Made by a program: the position numbers and the translations under genes
Assembly: GCA_043228905.1 (NCBI GenBank)
Contig: JBHGNT010000018.1
Location: forward strand, 930,001 to 994,000
DNA from: Azolla caroliniana
Taxonomy: Eukaryota; Plantae; Polypodiophyta
Length of the DNA stretch: 64,000 nucleotides
Reading direction: 5' to 3'
Notes under the pieces: model-generated
Database searches by the model: none
Told to the model about the DNA's origin: nothing
Seen by the model: only the letters and a program-made list of their open reading frames with translations
Part shown: piece by piece, positions 46,307 to 58,614 of the stretch
Layout of the letters: each line of letters starts with the position of its first letter
Position numbering within the stretch: position 1 is the first letter of the stretch

Positions 46307-48160
46307 TCAAGTTGATACATTCACCTTCACAGCCTTCGCCAATTTCTCGACAGGAACAGTTGGGATATAGGTTGCAAGAGGGAAATGGTTGCCCTTGAGG
46401 CTACCAACAATTTCATTGAATTTCTCAGCACAGAAGAGCGTGGGTGGAGAAGCAAAATGAACAGCCAGAGGCGCATATGGTAATTTCAAAAACTGCTTCC
46501 ACACAGCATATGTTAACTTTTCTGCAAAAGGCTCATAGGTAGCATAATAGGATTTCGCTGTTTCAATTAAACCATTCGTCTGAAGATCTGATACAACTGA
46601 TTTCACTATTTCGGGTACTTGTTTGGCAACTCCATAAGCTTGATAGGACCGCACTTTCAATGATTGAGGAACAAAACCTTCTGCCACTCCCACAACATTA
46701 TCCACCTTCTCAAAAAAAATCAACAATATTAACTCAGTGACTCTAACATATAGGATATCCGAGAAGTATAGTGCAAGCCAGTGATTTCAAATTACAGTAT
46801 TGTATACAAGAAGGAATTCAAAAGTATGGAATTTAAGAAGGAAACTATAAAACACAGATAATTAAATTTTATAGCAACGTAGTAAGAATTAGCAAATATG
46901 TATCAGCCAAATAGACTTTGAAATAAAAGAATTGCTTAAAAAGAATATATGTTTACCTTTCGGTCAACAAAGAGCAATATTTCATATGGTTTTCCCTCTA
47001 TTGTTTGATAGAGAGGACCGATCACTGTTCTCACAGTGCTCTCTACACACTGCACACCAGGTTTGAGTGGCCCTGAGCTATGCTTTGCAAATTCATAGAT
47101 ACCAGCTACATACTTCGTAGCTTTATCAACTACTATTTCCACTACACCAAGATACTTTGGTCCTGTTTTCAGGGACTGTAAAATCAGAATTCAGAGAAAA
47201 ATCCTCAGTGTGTAACATGCAACCATGAAAACATTCAGATCATTCTCGTTTCAGAGCTGAATTATTTATTATAGTCCACGTGCACAACATTAAAAGATGA
47301 GTGCGGAATTGAAGGATCAACTCGGCATGAAAAGACGTAATCACAAAATCTCTTTTCTGGAATGTCAAGTTGAATAATGAAATGTTCCTGTAAACTGAAA
47401 ACGTTATCAAATATCCAAGATTATGCATGATATGGTGCGTGAGCATATATATTCGTCATAGAACATATATTAGTCAGGAGAAAGAAACAGAAAAAATTAA
47501 GCTTTCATAAACAAACAAATTAGGTCTATCAATGCCGACTTATGCATTGAAATGCTCACTGATACATAGAACCTTGTGTTTTAACTAGCTTGTGCGAGTA
47601 TCAACATTCAAACAGTTACTTCATCATACACTATCGACATGCAGAAAGAGAAGTACAGAACCTTGGAAATTAGAGGAAGTAATATCCAAAAAACCTCCAT
47701 AGACTTTATTGAAAGATACATGGTCCCTTAGTGAATTCCTTGTATTGACACTCGAACAATTACAAGCGAAATTCAACATGCAGCAAAAGATAAGCGTATA
47801 ACATGGAACTAGATAAGAGAAAGAACGAAGCTAGGAACAAATAACTGATGAGAGGAAAGAAGAGAGCTAGAACAAGGAAACACGGTTTCTTCAGAGAATT
47901 CCTTGTATTGACACTCGAACAATTCGAAGCGAAATTCAACATGCACAGGAAGAACGAAGCTAGGAATAAATGAATGATTGGAGGAAAGACGAGAGCTAGA
48001 ACAAGGAAACAGAGAAGAAAGCTTAAGACAGGGAACAGTAGAAGAAAGGAAGAAGCTGAACACAGTGAACTGTGGAAGAAAATACATAAAAAAAAACAGA
48101 AAGAAAAGCTCTGTATACCTGTGGAGCTGCGGAATCGGCGATTGGTGCTCCGGGGGCCAT
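46307..48160 (-). CDS. LDAP: REF/SRPP-family lipid droplet-associated protein (LDAP)
   Basis: Exons 48160-48119, 47175-46957 and 46705-46307 give 219 aa. Motifs: KYLGVV, YEFAKHSSGPLKPGVQCVESTVRTVIGP, LLFVDRKVD, YEPFAEK, YIPTVPVEKLAK. Confidence 0.92.
47730..48010. repeat. ~163-bp tandem duplication in LDAP intron 1
   Basis: gaattccttgtattgacactcgaacaatt...gcgaaattcaacatgca...agaacgaagctaggaa...gagctagaacaaggaaaca occurs twice. Confidence 0.85.
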
Positions 48161-48513
48161 GATTAGAGGGGGAAAGTGAGGAAGGTGCAGGCACGTTCAG
48201 AGGTATCAAGGGAAAACAAAGATCGCAAAAAGCACAATGGAAGGAAGAAACAGAAGAGACAGAAACAGAAAGAGCTGGAGTGAGTGAGCGAGTGCCTGCA
48301 CAATTGGAGAAGGAAACAGACGAGATGGAACGACAGGGAACGTCTGCAGGAGCGACGAAGAAAGGAGAAACAGAAAGGAACGAACGAACGAACGACGAAG
48401 AAAGAAGCGTAACAGAAAAGGAAACGCTCGCAAAAAAAGGAACAAAAGAAACTGTACAGTAGTGTGAGGCGCCATTGTTGCTGTGACCTCCCGAAGCTCC
48501 GAGGCTCGGCAAT

Positions 48514-48820
48514 CCGAGCCTCACGCTCGGCCCGAAGGCCCCTTCCGGAAGGTTCTCCCCGTCTTTCTGTGATCTCTGCCGTGGCTTCCGAGAATCAGGC
48601 TCGGCCCGATGGCCCCTTCGGGAAGCTACTCCCCTTCTTTCTATGGTCTCTGCCGTGGCTTCCGAGCCTGAGGCTCGGCCCGATGGCCCCTTCGGGAAGC
48701 TTCTACCCGTCTTTCTATAGTCTCTGCTGTGGCTTCCGAGCCTCAGGCTCGGCCCGAAGGCCCTTTCGGGAAGCTTCTCCCGCTTTTCTGTGGCCTCTGC
48801 CGTGGCTTCCGAACCTCATC
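48514..48820. repeat. GC-rich 74-bp tandem repeat (~4 copies) with internal palindromes, upstream of LDAP
   Basis: Units start at 48514, 48588, 48662 and 48736; a partial unit starts at 48809. Confidence 0.92.
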
Positions 48821-49039
48821 CTGCGTCTGGTACTTTCTGGAAGCTTCTCCATATTTATTTTATATTAAATTAATTATTTTATTTTGATTTTCCAGCTGAA
48901 TATATTATACACAATATGCTCCTCGTTCAGAGACATTCGTTTTAACTAAATGCTTCTTCTTCCTTTTTGTTTTTCTCGTTTCTATGAGAGACATTCGTGG
49001 GAGACATATGAGAATGTCTTTAGGAAATGGTAACGCCTC

Positions 49040-49272
49040 GGCTCGTTCAACAGTTTGGCGGTTTGAAAGTTTGGTTCAGTTTGGTTTAGGCTTGAGCTCA
49101 AACCTAACCGAACCGATCTCGGCCAACCCAATTAAGGCTTAATCGGCTTTACTAAATTGGTTCCTAAACCGGTTCGGTTCAAGTTTGGAAACTCCCCAAC
49201 TGGTGAAGCCTAAATTGGTTAACCGGTTTGGTTTGGATAAGGACAAACCGGTTCAACAAAAACCCAACCGTT
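49040..49272. mobile_element. AACCG/CGGTT-rich non-autonomous DNA-element-like segment
   Basis: Dense aaccg/ggtt(c/t)gg motifs in both orientations, typical of plant MITE or Helitron subterminal arrays. Ends not resolved. Confidence 0.35.
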
Positions 49273-52200
49273 GCTGATTCCTAAATGTCTCTCTACGGAA
49301 ATATCTGGGGATACAAAAAACCGACGAAAATTGACTCTAGCAAAACAACCTAACACTTGGACCTTTATGTGATCGGCCATACTAGGTGTAGACAAGTGAA
49401 CATATGACTTGTCAACCTTCACCTGCCATGACATTACCATTCAAAAATACGCATGGGTGAACACGTAATGACCTGAACACCTGACCCTTATATGACTGAC
49501 CTTACCATGTGTAGACAAATGAACGCATAACCTTTCGGCCTTCGCCTACCATGACATTACCAATCGAAGTTACACATGGGTGAATGCATGACCTTTTGGG
49601 CTCCACTTGACGACATTACCAATTGAGCTACGTCTACATGGCATTTCTGGCCCAACCCACCCTTATATTACATTGCCAATTGAGCTACATCCGCTTGGCC
49701 CCATTCACAAGGCAACATTATGGCTTAAGTTTGGATAACCTTACTAGTTGAGTTGTAATGCGCAAGCATCTAGATTCCATTTGGCAACCTTGTCAATAAA
49801 TTTGCTAGGATACTATCGACATGTCCTAGTCAAAGCCGTAATTTCTCGAACAATACAAATCATTCTTTCTCTTTCTCCAATGCTATGGGTGTATCCTTAT
49901 TGCGATCAAGTTTAGTTAGCCCATGTACCCCAACTCAAAATCTTACCCATTTGATAGTCTTACTAAACTAGTATACATATAGTTTGATTATCTCATCTAG
50001 ACAAGCTTATAATTTTGATGTGTGTGTGTATGTGTGAAAACACACAATTATAAATAATTTCTGTGTAAAACACTACAATGGTATCATAACTTAGTGGTGT
50101 CACATTGGGGAAAATATAAAAGACCTTGGCATTGCTCAAATAGTGAAGTAATGGAACCATCTTAGTACATTTGGAAGGATGATACATCCCGTACTCTTTC
50201 TTTTAACATTGCAGAATAGGGATTTTTTAAGAAAAGGCAAGAGATAGGTTTTCCCCTTACATGTCGTTAGGATTCTAACACTTCTAAATATCCCATTATC
50301 TACATGTTTTATCTCATCTGATGCATAGTCGTATCCACATATAACTAACTACATATACATTTAGTCTTGGGATATACTCAAGGCAGTAAGTAGTACATCC
50401 TTTAATAAAATCATATGGACTCAATTAGACCTTCATCCTATCCCTTGGCAATACATATTCTTATATACTTACGTTAGATCTTGCTCGATATGTGAGTCGA
50501 AATGTTGCACCTATTACCCAAACACACTCTAAACTTGCCATTGGGAAGTAACCATGTAATTGTATCTTTCGTGCCAATGAGATTTTGTTTTTGTATCATT
50601 CAAGAGAACAAAGCCTCCTACCTTATCAAGATTTTCTTAAAAATATTTTGGATTTGTTCCCAAATGCCAATACTCAACGAAACCTCCTTGAGGTGTGATT
50701 ATTCCATCTAAGAGTCGTTCATTGGAGTTGTTTTACTAGCTACCGAACATAATACAAAATCTATCCACCAATTTTATTTTCTCTAACTTCTTGGTCAATC
50801 AAAAGTTCTTAGGATATGTTAAAATTCCTTGATAGTGCATACTTTCAACATAGGTTTGCTAACATGTTTGATTGTCATGATACATTGCTGCGAATACTTC
50901 AAATTCACATCTAGAAATCGTGTCTAATTTTTGGTGTAAAACAACAAACATTGCAATGGAATGAAGGATAACATGTCCAGAACGACACACTATATTCTTT
51001 GGATTGAGAGGTTTTCACTAGATATATTTCGTTGGTGTTTATCTATACCCATTACTAATGTTATAACTTAATCCTGCTTCCAATTGATATGCTTCTGGAG
51101 TTCTTCATCAAAATCGATTAATTTTAATTTACAACATAAGCAATTTTTACCTTCTACATGGAAAGCTATTATGTATCGTTTAATAGTTTTTATCATCTCA
51201 TTGGATAGGTTATGATACTTTATGAGTATCATGTGGATGAGTAAATCAAACTCTCGTGTAGTTGGTAGGACCAACAAAGTTGAACATTACTTGCCCTATG
51301 AGATACTAGGGTGCATGTCAAATGCTATTACTACTCACTTAATGAAAAGTCTACGTAAAATTTTGGAGCACTTATGATACACTTACACTACAATCTACCA
51401 TCACGCATGCAATGAATATATAACAAGATACATTCTCCCTTCAATCATGAATCAAAACTTCATGATTGTGATGTCTCACTTAGTGCTTGTTGGTGTGTTA
51501 TCCATGTGAAAATGCTACACAATACACAAGGAGGTCAACATGTGTTTGTTCATTACAGGACATCAATATAAATATGATTAGAAGAAAAAGCAAGTAAAAT
51601 GAGAGTCTTTTTATTGAACATTGCCAAATTCCATGCAGAAGTTTTAAAATTTCTTGATGTTATTGGAACGAATCAAAAGAGAAAAAGAATTATAAAAGTA
51701 TTCTAATGATTAGAAAAGCGCGTGTATGTATGCCTGCTTGGTCAATAAAGTGATTCTTTACCCTTGTGAAAAGCAAGAGTAGATAATCAATAAGATCTCT
51801 CTCTCTCTTCCTTAGCATTAACGTAGGAATAGAAAATTGTGTGAAAGTGACTCGAAAGCATCATAGGTCATGACTCATAACAATGTTCTCGGAAACACCT
51901 CTCCCTCCAACTGGATATGCAGGCCGAAGTTAGGAATTGCATGCAATGGTATAGGGACAATTGTAGGTCAATGCAAAAATAGAGATAAGAGAGGCAGATT
52001 TTATATCATCCACGAGAGGCCAAAATATGTGATCTGTAGGACAAGTTTGAGGTCGGAGAGAGGATCAAACTTCGGAGAGATAGATAGATAAATTTATTAT
52101 TAATGTTCTTATCTCTCTCTTAAACTAAATACGAAGGCCAAACATAGATATGCTTGGTCTAAGGAGAACACAATTTTCAATTAGAAATCCAAGTCCATCC

Positions 52201-52419
52201 AAAGTTTAGTCTAAGGTTCCAAAGAAAAAATCAACAACTTTCTATGGTTACATTGGTGTCAAGCTGATAAAATGATAAATAATTGACAAAATCGGCAAAG
52301 GGAATGTTAGAGGTTAAATGATGTGATTTGATACTAAACTAATGAATAGTTGTACCAAAATGTATGGTTAGATCTTTTTATGTGTCTCATCGATGGATGG
52401 AGATTGAAGATATATCATT

Positions 52420-52760
52420 GATCTTAGCATATCCCACTAGGATTCCACATGACTTGGTTACGATTCAAACTACATAAGCCATGTCAAACCTCATGTTATC
52501 AATGGTATACATTAGACAATCCTCCTTGCTCACTCTTATGTTGGTTGTCCTCAATGTACCCAAACATTTAGCCACACTCATGTTGAACCACTCAAGTACC
52601 TCGATGATGTACTCGTCTTGAGATAGGTAAACTCATCAACTCTTCTCATGTCGAGTGTTCAATTGACATGTTGTTCACATATAGGATGAGAAGAAATTGG
52701 CTATTGTCTTTTGCATCAATTTGATACAAGTCGGAATGCCAAGCGGCACTAAGTGTTCCT
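52420..52760 (-). mobile_element. Highly decayed Ty1/copia reverse-transcriptase relic
   Basis: Reverse-strand fragments FLLILYVNNM (cf. LLYVDDM), YLSQDEYIIEVLEWFNM, SKEDC and LMYTIDNMRFDMAYVV (cf. LMYAMVCTRPDIAHAV), with deletions between them. Confidence 0.6.
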
Positions 52761-53519
52761 CCTATCCCTTTCTATAAACTTGGGGAGGTAGAATTGCCAT
52801 TTAGAGCCTTAGTCCTTAGTCAACCTGTAATCATAACAAAGCATTGCTCCCCTTGTAATAATCATTAATAGAATTGTGTTTCTAATAAACCATTGTTGTG
52901 CCATTGTACTACTTCCCATTTAACCAATTATGTTTTACTCCTTGTTCTATCCCACCATTATTTTCACCTTGTGGTGTTCACCATGTGTTAAGCACTCCTC
53001 AATACAGCTCACAAGTACCTAAGGAAGTTGAATTCCATGTGTGTCTTAACCATAACCATTTGGTATTTCCATTGACCTCTGTTGATTGGCAACCACTAGC
53101 ATTGCAATTCTTCGTGAGCCAAGTCATTTGACAACAAACAATGGTAACCATGTCAATAAAAAATGAATCTTTTCCGTATCATCATACACTACAATTAGGG
53201 CATAGATGACACATCCAACATTCAAGAGTCTAGCACCAACAAGTCAAGTTGACCATTCTTCGAGAAACACATTGTGGAGTTATCGTTGGACTCTATGATG
53301 GCATTTACCATGTCTAAAAAATATGAGATGCAAACCTTTGGTTAACTAGAATACTTGCAAATATGTAAAACTTGTTATATGCCATTACTAGTACTTAATT
53401 TTTTTGGAAACTTAAAATACTTGTTAAATACGTAGAATACGTGAAACATTTTAATATGCCAATTCTAGAACTTGCTCTAAGACAATATTCACGTTTAGTT
53501 TTACATGATGGCACCAACG

Positions 53520-53980
53520 CAACATCATGTATTATTCGCAATACAATGGATTGGCTAAGTTGATGAACAAAATGCTGTAGAGAATTTTGAGTACAATTGT
53601 AAATAAAAACTACATTTGAATGAAACTAGATGCTCTGTTTGACACTTTAGTGCATTTACGAGGTATAAAACAAGCATTTTGGTGACATGGTTTCGTATGG
53701 AGTTTCAGCCTCAAAGTAGTCACTCTACTCGAATCCCATGTTTGAAATTTTGCTCCTTCAAGTGAAGTTTAAATACTCACTATTTGTTGAGAACTCAAGA
53801 GATGTTGCACTGCAAGATTCTACAATGTCGTCCCAAAGTATATGTTTCAAAGTATTCCAAAACATGTGGATGCAATATCATTTATTATCCACAATCTAGT
53901 GGATTGGCTATGTCGATAAACAAAACACATCGGAGAATTCTAAAGACGATTATAGACAAAAACTACACTAACTAGCCTGT
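53520..53980 (+). mobile_element. Two decayed Ty3/gypsy integrase-core fragments
   Basis: YYSQYNGLAKLMNKML*RILSTIVNKN at ~53530 and YYPQSSGLAMSINKTHRRILKTIIDKN at ~53880. Both resemble the integrase YYPQxNGxAExxNKTL motif. Confidence 0.6.
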
Positions 53981-56900
53981 TGTAGGGATAAACTTGCTCG
54001 TCATTCAACCTCCTTTGCACCAATGTCTTCCTGTTCGTGGTTGAGCTCATTCTAGAATCTTTGGGTTCATTTTCTACTTTGAAGTGTGCATTGTACATGA
54101 GTAGACAAGCATTGGGCCTCTATTTGTAGGTGATCATGATCACGAGTGTAAAGATAGTTTGTAATTTTTTTTGCCGAGTTAGGTCTCATACCCACAAACT
54201 TCGATATTAATTATATAGGGTCCACTAATAGATTGAATGCATATGATTGAATACAAAATGATTTTTTATATTTATTAAAGTATCAACTCATGACCTTTAA
54301 ATTAGATTATATTACATCAACGCTATTCCTCACACCACACATACTCAAATGAAATCAAGTGATTTTATTAATCAAATACTAGTTTGCACTTGGGATTTCG
54401 ACCCTCTAGAGAATTTGTAAGCCATGTTGCTATTGATTTGATCCTTGTTTTGTTTCAACTTGTTTCATCTTGTAGTGTCCATTTTGTGTATTAAGTGCTG
54501 CTTAATATGGTTTGCAAGTAGCTAAGTACGACATTCCTAACTAAGCCCAATTCCATGTGTCCTAGCCACAACAATTGGTTTACTACTATTCATCTATGTC
54601 AACTAGCAACCACAACATCACATGGCGATTCCTAGTGGCAACAACCACAATGACCATCACCTTGCACAATAGGATAACAAACTTACCAAGTCACTATACC
54701 CTTCATCAGTAATATACCTTTATGGCATTAATATGCTCATTAGATTGATAAATTTTGCAGATCCATCAATTAACACCTTCACAATGTCGAGCATATTTTA
54801 GTGCTAAAATCACCAACTAAATTTATTCACTTTCATCTCATATTCAATTAAACCATGTCGTCATCTTTTGCAATCACATCCTGCTATTAGCCTAGAAATA
54901 AATTACTTTTCATCTTAATTCATACTTTCTTCAACTGTGGTCACACTAAACACACCTTCAAAGCATAACATATATGATGTGACTACCACCCAAAGCCATA
55001 ATTCAAGGTTTCAGAACTTGCTTTGGTTTGGGAACCTTAATGATAGACTCTAATGTGATATGAAATCCTCAATAAGTCGAATCTTGAATTCACTAATTTT
55101 CATCAAGCTTTAAAACACTTTTGTTGCTAACACAACTTAGCCATGTTCATGAAGTGTGCTGGGTCAGAATTAATCAGCATTTGATATAATGTGTTGTATG
55201 AAAACCATATTTCATACATCAATCAAAATCAATGAAGAATATGCATCCTTAGCTCTCAATATAGCTTTAGATTGTTTTTCTCATATTTGAGCTAACTCAC
55301 AATGAAGGAAATGGCTCAAAAATCATTAATGGCAATATCTACATGTTCATCATAACATCCTCAGTTTTTCAATCGACCACCTTGATGACAATCTCTAGAA
55401 AATTTTGAAAGATATAGCTAAACTTTACCGCCTTCATATTGCATTGCTGAACTCCTGATATTACAAAGATTTATCATCAAACACAAACTCACAATGATGG
55501 AAGTGTCTTGAAAATCACTTCTGACCAAATATACATTTTCATCACATCCTGAGTTATTTTAGTAGCCTTTTATACATTTTCATGCTGTCTTTGGTATTTG
55601 GGTGTCTATCTACACAAAAGATACCCTCTTGATATTCAATTCGTACCAGAAGCATCTGTTAGAAATCTGCCTTGCTTTTAATACTGTGCATCCTTTTCAG
55701 TAAACTGTGAGCTCTCCCACTGTATATAGATATCTTTGTCTTGCCCAGAAAATCCACACATTCTCAATGAATTATCAATCCATTGAGTCATAGCTGTATT
55801 TTTTAACGTAAAATTAGGTCCAATCATAAATAGAGAATCTAAAATATTAGGAACATGTAACAAAACCTTGGTTTATATCTGTCTATGTCATGATGCTTCT
55901 GTTCCCTTGCTGTTCCATGCCGCAACTTTTCTTTCAGTCTTGTCCCTCCACTACTACTGCAACTATATGTTGATTAAAAAAAGAAGTGTGAAATCAGTTT
56001 TTGTTCCAAAGGAAAGATATTTGCAAATACGTTGGGCACTTGGGAACTCAAGAATAAAGCTCCATATGAAGGATTCAAGTATCATAACAATCAAAGAAGG
56101 AACTTAAATGGATAAAGATAGAGGCGTTTTTCAAAAAAGTAAAAAAAGCAAGGCGTGGATACGAAGATTTAGATAGATAAAAAAGCTCGTTACTTCTTCC
56201 TCCGATACCCAAATTTCGAAAGAAAAGATTCATAAAAAAGCTGATGAGAGCTTTCCAAAAATAGTGATATAAAAAAATACCTCACATAGACTCAAGTATA
56301 TTTACAAAAAAAGGAAGCAAGAATAATGCAACCAAAAACCTATAAATAGGAGGGTATTCTTAGCCATAGGAAGGGAAGAAAGAAGAATAGAAGGTCTACA
56401 AGAAGTGAGAGGAGGCTTGGTAGAAGAAGGAAGGAAGGAATAAAGGCAATTGTCATTTAGAGTCATAGAAAGAAGAGTTCTTTGGAGTTGTGTTTGTATT
56501 TGGAGTCTAAGAAGTTTGTCTTGTTCCCCTAATAGTATAATATAACATTATTTTCTCTTCCTCTCCTCTATCTTCTCTCTATCTCCCTTCATCAATAAGA
56601 AAAAAATACGCACTGTTTCAAATATGGCAATGAATGCTACCTTCTGTGTGCATCTTCATGCCTTCTCTTTTTCCTGTGGCATTTTCTTGACAATCCTCTT
56701 TCACCTGATCTCTCCACACTATCTTTGTCATGCTTGCGATATTCACCTTGCTTTTTACTCCTGCCAAAAGAAAAAGTAATTATAGTCACTAATTCTACAA
56801 CTGCCAAAAGAAAATATTGCAAACATGCTAGACATCTACACTATAATTCAACTATCATACTCTAAATGTTTGAGCAAAGCAAATTATTAAAAAAAGAACC

Positions 56901-57849
56901 AAGATTCTAGACAATGCATCAAAACATAAAAAAGGAATGGGACTAGAGAGACTATTCAGTGATATAGATGATAGAGCTATATTGATGGAAAAAAAAACTT
57001 TTATCTCTAATGAGCAATCTTTTACCAAATTTACATTGGTCAGCATAATGACAAGAATATTTGAAACTTCTTTCACTCACCGAAGCCTTGAGCACCCAAA
57101 CAACTAGGAGTAACTGAAAGAACATAGCCCTAGAAAAGAGAATAATACAAGAACTAAGACGCCCCGTCACTGGAATTAATATTTTAACGTTATTCAGATA
57201 AAATAAGCCTCAAAAGCTGAAACGATAGGACTGAATGTCATCACTTGTCATTTTAGTTACACATGACGGCGATCATATTCCCTTATACACACTGACTTGC
57301 TGGTTTTGCAGAGTTCTGGGTACTTGAAATTGTCCAGTCATTTCAGTACATGCACCCCAGGCATCTTGAATAGGTTCAAGAGAGATTGACAGAGAGCCAC
57401 ATGAGTATATCCAATAAACTGGCCAAATAGAAGTGTGCAATGGAGGTCAAAGAAGTAGACATGACGAATGGGAAGTTTCTCTGAGGAACACTCTCTAGGG
57501 ACACGGTGCTGCCACACTTGGACTGTATCATTAGCAAAATGCTACATATATAGGAAACCAAAGAGCTACAAACTAACAAGTCAAAAGCAAAGTATGCAAA
57601 GAGGTGATTAAAAATAGACAAGCAAAAGGTCAACCTCTGCCTTGCTTGCTTAATATCCGCATTCTTGCCCTCCAAATTTTTCTGCAAGGTTTACTTAAGA
57701 TACTATTTGACCTAATCTCTAATGTCGGCATAATTTTTGTGTTCCTGCCTCTCCATCCCTACCCTCTGTGTTTTTCTGCAAGGTTTACTTAGCATAACCT
57801 CTCCAACCTAATCACTGCTGTCCTAGCTAAGGAATATCATAGACTCAGA

Positions 57850-58480
57850 ATGGATAGCAAGTGAAGATTTGGATCTCAAAATCCATGAAGATAGACCAGA
57901 TCAATGGAGGCCCTGGGTAGTGCCCAAAGGGTGCTTAAGGCACCCAAAATGCACATTCCATGGATGTCAAAGAAGGAAAGGCAATGTCCAACGCCATTTG
58001 ATCACACAAGAGGTCAATCATATGGGAGTTGATATACTAAGAGCCTTAAGAGGAAATGCAAAAAGAGATAGAGAAGCAGAAAATAAAGTTACATGCCTCT
58101 GTAAAGGAAGAATTATTAGACGCCATACAAAAAGACGTCACAATCTTCGTAAAGAAAGAACTCAAGGATAACATCGCGTAGTAGCTAAAGGATGAAATAT
58201 CATCAAATTAGGCCTAAGTAGTAGCTATTAAAGTCAATTTACAAAACGGACAAGAGACAATGGAAAAATGCATCTCCACACTTCAAGACAATAAGGAACT
58301 GCAGACATGGGCTGAAATAGTCAAAGATGCCAAAGTTCCAGTCGAGCATGCTAAAAAAGAACTTAAAGTACTGTTACGAGACTTCAATGCACAAACTATG
58401 GACGAACAAACAACATTTTGACACAAGCAAGGCTATGAATTGGCAGAAGAAGTTGGTCTAAAGCGAGAATATAGGACAAT
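57850..58480 (+). mobile_element. Possible LINE relic (ORF1-like coiled-coil and APE endonuclease fragment)
   Basis: The + frame near 58220-58420 reads ...ELQTWAEIVKDAK...KVLLRDFNAQT, resembling the LINE endonuclease 'ILLGDFNA' motif. Short and degenerate. Confidence 0.35.
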
Positions 58481-58614
58481 CGTGATTGACTGTTACTTTC
58501 CTAAACTATATGGCTCAATCCTAGAGTCAGGCCCACCAAATGAGTTGGAGGCTCTAAATCCCTGTGGAATCCCTTTTCTAAATTCTAAATACCCTTATTC
58601 TCCTTCCCTCTGGA

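Noticed and set aside
48514-48820. Palindromic repeat array as a CRISPR array
   Set aside because: The whole 74-bp units are similar, with no unique spacers; no cas genes; eukaryotic context.
47760-48868. 254-aa (-) and 134-aa (+) ORFs
   Set aside because: They run through the pyrimidine-rich LDAP leader and intron and the GC-rich tandem repeat; stop-poor composition explains them.
55985-56550. Solo LTR (TATA-like ctataaatagg, purine-rich tract)
   Set aside because: No matching TSD or second copy found; left uncalled.
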